A stretch of DNA of 63,702 nt, filler included, from Octopus bimaculoides (lineage: Eukaryota): NCBI RefSeq assembly GCF_001194135.2. It is 6 parts of 4 records of this genome, joined end to end, with 100 filler letters (N's around TTAATTAATTAA, not from the genome) between each part and the next. Parts side by side here need not be neighbours in the genome. Positions count along the whole stretch, not along the records: positions 58,414 to 62,104 come from NC_068983.1; positions 62,205 to 63,702 come from NW_026395092.1; 4 more parts are not named here. The stretch is one strand, 5' to 3'. The translations under genes and the position numbers were made by a program. Below, piece after piece: positions 60,480-63,702 of this stretch; within the stretch, counting starts at the first letter, position 1; every line of letters begins with the position of its first letter. The notes under the pieces are model-generated. The model searched no databases and was not told where the DNA came from. It was given only the letters and a program-made list of their open reading frames with translations.

Positions 60480-61762
60480 AGGAAGGTAGATAAAACACAA
60501 ACCCCTTCAGGTAGATGGCCCTGCTCAGTATGTAGAAAAGGAGTAGGTAGTAACTCTATAAGATGTACCCGGTGCAAGCTATGGACACATAAGAGGTGCA
60601 GCAACATCAAAGGCAGGTTAACTAGCAAGTTAGTTTTTGTTTGTGGCAGATGTTCAGGTGCAATAAAGACTGTAAACAAACAGGAAACAACTATCTCATT
60701 CCAGGGTGAAAAACTAGAGGTAGTCGATAGCTTCCGCTATCTGGGCGACCAAGTTAGTAGTGGGGGTGGGTGCGCTGNNNNNNNNNNNNNNNNNNNNNNN
60801 NNNNNNNNNNNNNNNNNNNNNNNNNNNNNNNNNNNNNNNNNNNNNNNNNNNNNNNNNNNNNNNNNNNNNNNNNNNNNNNNNNNNNNNNNNNNNNNNNNNN
60901 NNNNNNNNNNNNNNNNNNNNNNNNNNNNNNNNNNNNNNNNNNNNNNNNNNNNNNNNNNNNNNNNNNNNNNNNNNNNNNNNNNNNNNNNNNNNNNNNNNNN
61001 NNNNNNNNNNNNNNNNNNNNNNNNNNNNNNNNNNNNNNNNNNNNNNNNNNNNNNNNNNNNNNNNNNNNNNNNNNNNNNNNNNNNNNNNNNNNNNNNNNNN
61101 NNNNNNNNNNNNNNNNNNNNNNNNNNNNNNNNNNNNNNNNNNNNNNNNNNNNNNNNNNNNNNNNNNNNNNNNNNNNNNNNNNNNNNNNNNNNNNNNNNNN
61201 NNNNNNNNNNNNNNNNNNNNNNNNNNNNNNNNNNNNNNNNNNNNNNNNNNNNNNNNNNNNNNNNNNNNNNNNNNNNNNNNNNNNNNNNNNNNNNNNNNNN
61301 NNNNNNNNNNNNNNNNNNNNNNNNNNNNNNNNNNNNNNNNNNNNNNNNNNNNNNNNNNNNNNNNNNNNNNNNNNNNNNNNNNNNNNNNNNNNNNNNNNNN
61401 NNNNNNNNNNNNNNNNNNNNNNNNNNNNNNNNNNNNNNNNNNNNNNNNNNNNNNNNNNNNNNNNNNNNNNNNNNNNNNNNNNNNNNNNNNNNNNNNNNNN
61501 NNNNNNNNNNNNNNNNNNNNNNNNNNNNNNNNNNNNNNNNNNNNNNNNNNNNNNNNNNNNNNNNNNNNNNNNNNNNNNNNNNNNNNNNNNNNNNNNNNNN
61601 NNNNNNNNNNNNNNNNAGGGCATCCAGCTGTAGAAACTCTGCCAAATTAGATTGGAGCCTGGTGTTGCCATCCGGTTTCACCAGTCCTCAGTCAAATCGT
61701 CCAACCCATGCTAGCATGGAAAGCGGACGTTAAACGATGATGATGATGATGATGATGATGAT
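60480..61762 (+). mobile_element. 5'-truncated RTE-clade LINE (RT C-terminus with Cys-rich finger insert; middle in gap; 3' end with (GAT)n)
   Basis: SGRWPCSVCRKGVGSNSIRCTRCKLWTHKRCSNIKGRL..FVCGRC..EKLEVVDSFRYLGDQVSSGGG (LE.V..F.YLG is the RTE RT domain-7 motif). The 3' UTR and tail appear after the gap at 61617-61762. Confidence 0.88.
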
Positions 61763-62204
61763 GGCTTAAGAGTGGTGGTTTTTATAGAACCAGGAGTGCA
61801 ACAAAGTGTCTGAGGTTAGCCTTGATTGAGCAGACTTATGACCAAAGTGTACTAGCTATGATCATCCCCAGAAGGGAAATATTCTTTACGTTGCATGTCT
61901 CGTTTCTCTGTTTGTTTTTTTTCGTTATTCGAAAAAAGTTCGTTTTCTGTCTTCGTCTTTGTTTTCATTTCTCATTGTGTTTAACGTTTTTTTTTTATGT
62001 CTTGTACCCATATATGCATGTACATGTAGGTATGTACATATATGTATGGATATATGCATATATTTATATATTATTTATGTTATTTTATATATATATATAT
62101 ATATNNNNNNNNNNNNNNNNNNNNNNNNNNNNNNNNNNNNNNNNNNNNTTAATTAATTAANNNNNNNNNNNNNNNNNNNNNNNNNNNNNNNNNNNNNNNN
62201 NNNN

Positions 62205-62365
62205 ACCCTAACCCTAACCCTAACCCTAACCCTACCCCTAACCCTAACCCTTACTCTAACCCTACCCGTAACACTAACCCTAACACTAAACCTATACCTA
62301 AACCTAATCCTAACCCTAAGTCTAACACTAACCCATACCCTAAACTCTAAACCATATCCCTAACC
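62205..62365 (+). repeat. Telomere-type (CCCTAA)n array, perfect at the left and degenerating rightwards
   Basis: ACCCTAACCCTAACCCTAACCCTAACCCTA at the contig start, then variant units such as CCTTACT, CACTAA, CCTATA, TCCTAA and GTCTAA. Confidence 0.85.
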
Positions 62366-62507
62366 TTCTTTTTCGTTTTTCTTTTCACTTTCATTTTCAT
62401 TTTGTCTTGTTTTGTAGTTTAAGTTTTCTCTCTTGAGTTATCTTCTCTCTCTTTTTCATACATCTCTATTCCTATCACATCCTCACCCTCTCTCTCTCTC
62501 TCACTCA

Positions 62508-62571
<64 letters not shown>

Positions 62572-62776
62572 ATGTATCTCGTACTCTGTACGCACTCACT
62601 ATTCCTGTACATTCGCTCTACTTCGTATTCCCCCTCCCCTCTTTATTCTCTGTTCTTTCTTTCTATTATTATTTCTCTATACTTTAAGATAACCTCTCTC
62701 TCAAATACCGTGCACCATCGATACCAGCAGACGAAGCTTTAGACAACGCCAAATTGAAGCTAACAAGAAGAAGAAG

Positions 62777-63532
62777 ATGCGCCGAAACTGGCAATTAGAG
62801 GAAATTCGCCTTCTTGTACCAGCATGGAACCTGGCCAACGGATCACCAGCAAATGATCTAATAGCCGAAACCTTGGATAGGTATAATTTCCACAGTTGAA
62901 TGTCTCAAATTGATCGAAAGAAACTGGAGCTCATTCGCTCCTACGAACTCATTAAACCACACCTTGACCTCCTAGAAGGCATTATGAGAGACACAGACTC
63001 GAAAAAGGACAATGAAGACCCTACACACTGTGCTCAGCCTCAGGAGGACCAAACGGATCGCCGAAACAAGGCAAATGCCACCAGTGCTGTAGCCACTGCT
63101 GAGGGCTGCAATGGCCATGGTGAATGCAGGCAACGCAGCACCACACCAAACGACAGAGACAGGAGAACAGACAAGGAGACGGTGAACACAAACACAAACA
63201 GGCTTCAAGCCCAAGCACGTCATACAAAGAAAAAGAAACAGATTATCTGTAAATTCTACCTAAATGGTACCTGTTGGCACGTGGAAAAGGGACAAAACTG
63301 CAAATTTGCCCATCCCAAATACCACCAGCTAAACAAGGTTGATAACCACTCACAACAAAATAAGCGGGAGCGCAGAAAAGGGAGACCAAAAAGCTTAAAC
63401 TTGCATACCCATAATCCACCAAGAACCAACAGGATTCACAAAGAGAGAAGTCCATATATTCCTTCTGCTCCCAAAAAAGGCTGTATTCAGAGGCTGTACG
63501 AACTGCAGCAGCTGAACAGCAAGCTTTTTTAA
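62777..63532 (+). CDS. LINE ORF1 with a CCCH zinc finger (one in-frame TGA at 62897-62899; open part 62900-63532)
   Basis: ICKFYLNGTCWHVEKGQNCKFAHP is C-x7-C-x8-C-x3-H (63248-63313). It lies directly upstream of an APE-like ORF start. ATG 62777 is in the same frame as ATG 62900. Confidence 0.7.
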
Positions 63533-63635
63533 GCATGGCCCAGAAAATGGTACATCAGTTAATGTGGATACAGAGGGTACAGAGTCAACACCACACGAAC
63601 CATTCTCCAAGACCACCAAAGATGATAGATCAGGG

Positions 63636-63702
63636 ATGGCCACCGCTAACATCAGGGACCCCTGCACAGATATCACACCCATATTCCTACTGAATATCCG
63701 GG
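63636..63702 (+). CDS. Start of LINE ORF2 (apurinic-like endonuclease), truncated by the window end
   Basis: MATANIRDPCTDITPIFLLNIRG. xxNIRG is the first APE motif (N-V/I-R/N-G). The frame is open from 63516. Confidence 0.65.
   Translation, partial: MATANIRDPCTDITPIFLLNIR

Overview
AT-rich, microsatellite-dense animal DNA with many N-gaps. The tRNA-derived SINE repertoire points to an octopus genome, probably O. bimaculoides (inference, not searched). The only well-supported host gene is a plus-strand protein with two cyclic-nucleotide-binding (CNB) domains, CNBD1/2-like. Three exons splice in frame (22808-22895, 31140-31285, 33778-34087) and there is a possible 26-nt micro-exon at 43767-43792. 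The rest is intronic or intergenic and packed with mobile elements: at least four SINE families, Tc1 and mariner relics, a hAT MITE with an 8-bp TSD, Helitron relics, RTE, CR1-like, R4/Dong and Penelope retroelements, and the 5' end of a LINE with a CCCH-finger ORF1. Best leads: (1) a structurally complete minimal type-I hammerhead ribozyme at 11761-11805, plus two decayed ones; (2) two independent R4/Dong insertions, both inside (CATA)n tracts, suggesting tetranucleotide-microsatellite targeting; (3) a (CCCTAA)n array at a contig start directly upstream of the LINE 5' end, in the polarity expected for telomere-end transposition; (4) a Penelope fragment bracketed by a ~115-bp inverted repeat; (5) a branchpoint-polyY-CAG|GTAAGA recursive-splice-like site; (6) SINEs inserting at TTCT inside other SINEs. 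Five N44-TTAATTAATTAA-N44 blocks are artificial scaffold linkers, so adjacency across them is not biological evidence. All alignments were done by eye and element boundaries are approximate unless a TSD or splice site is cited.
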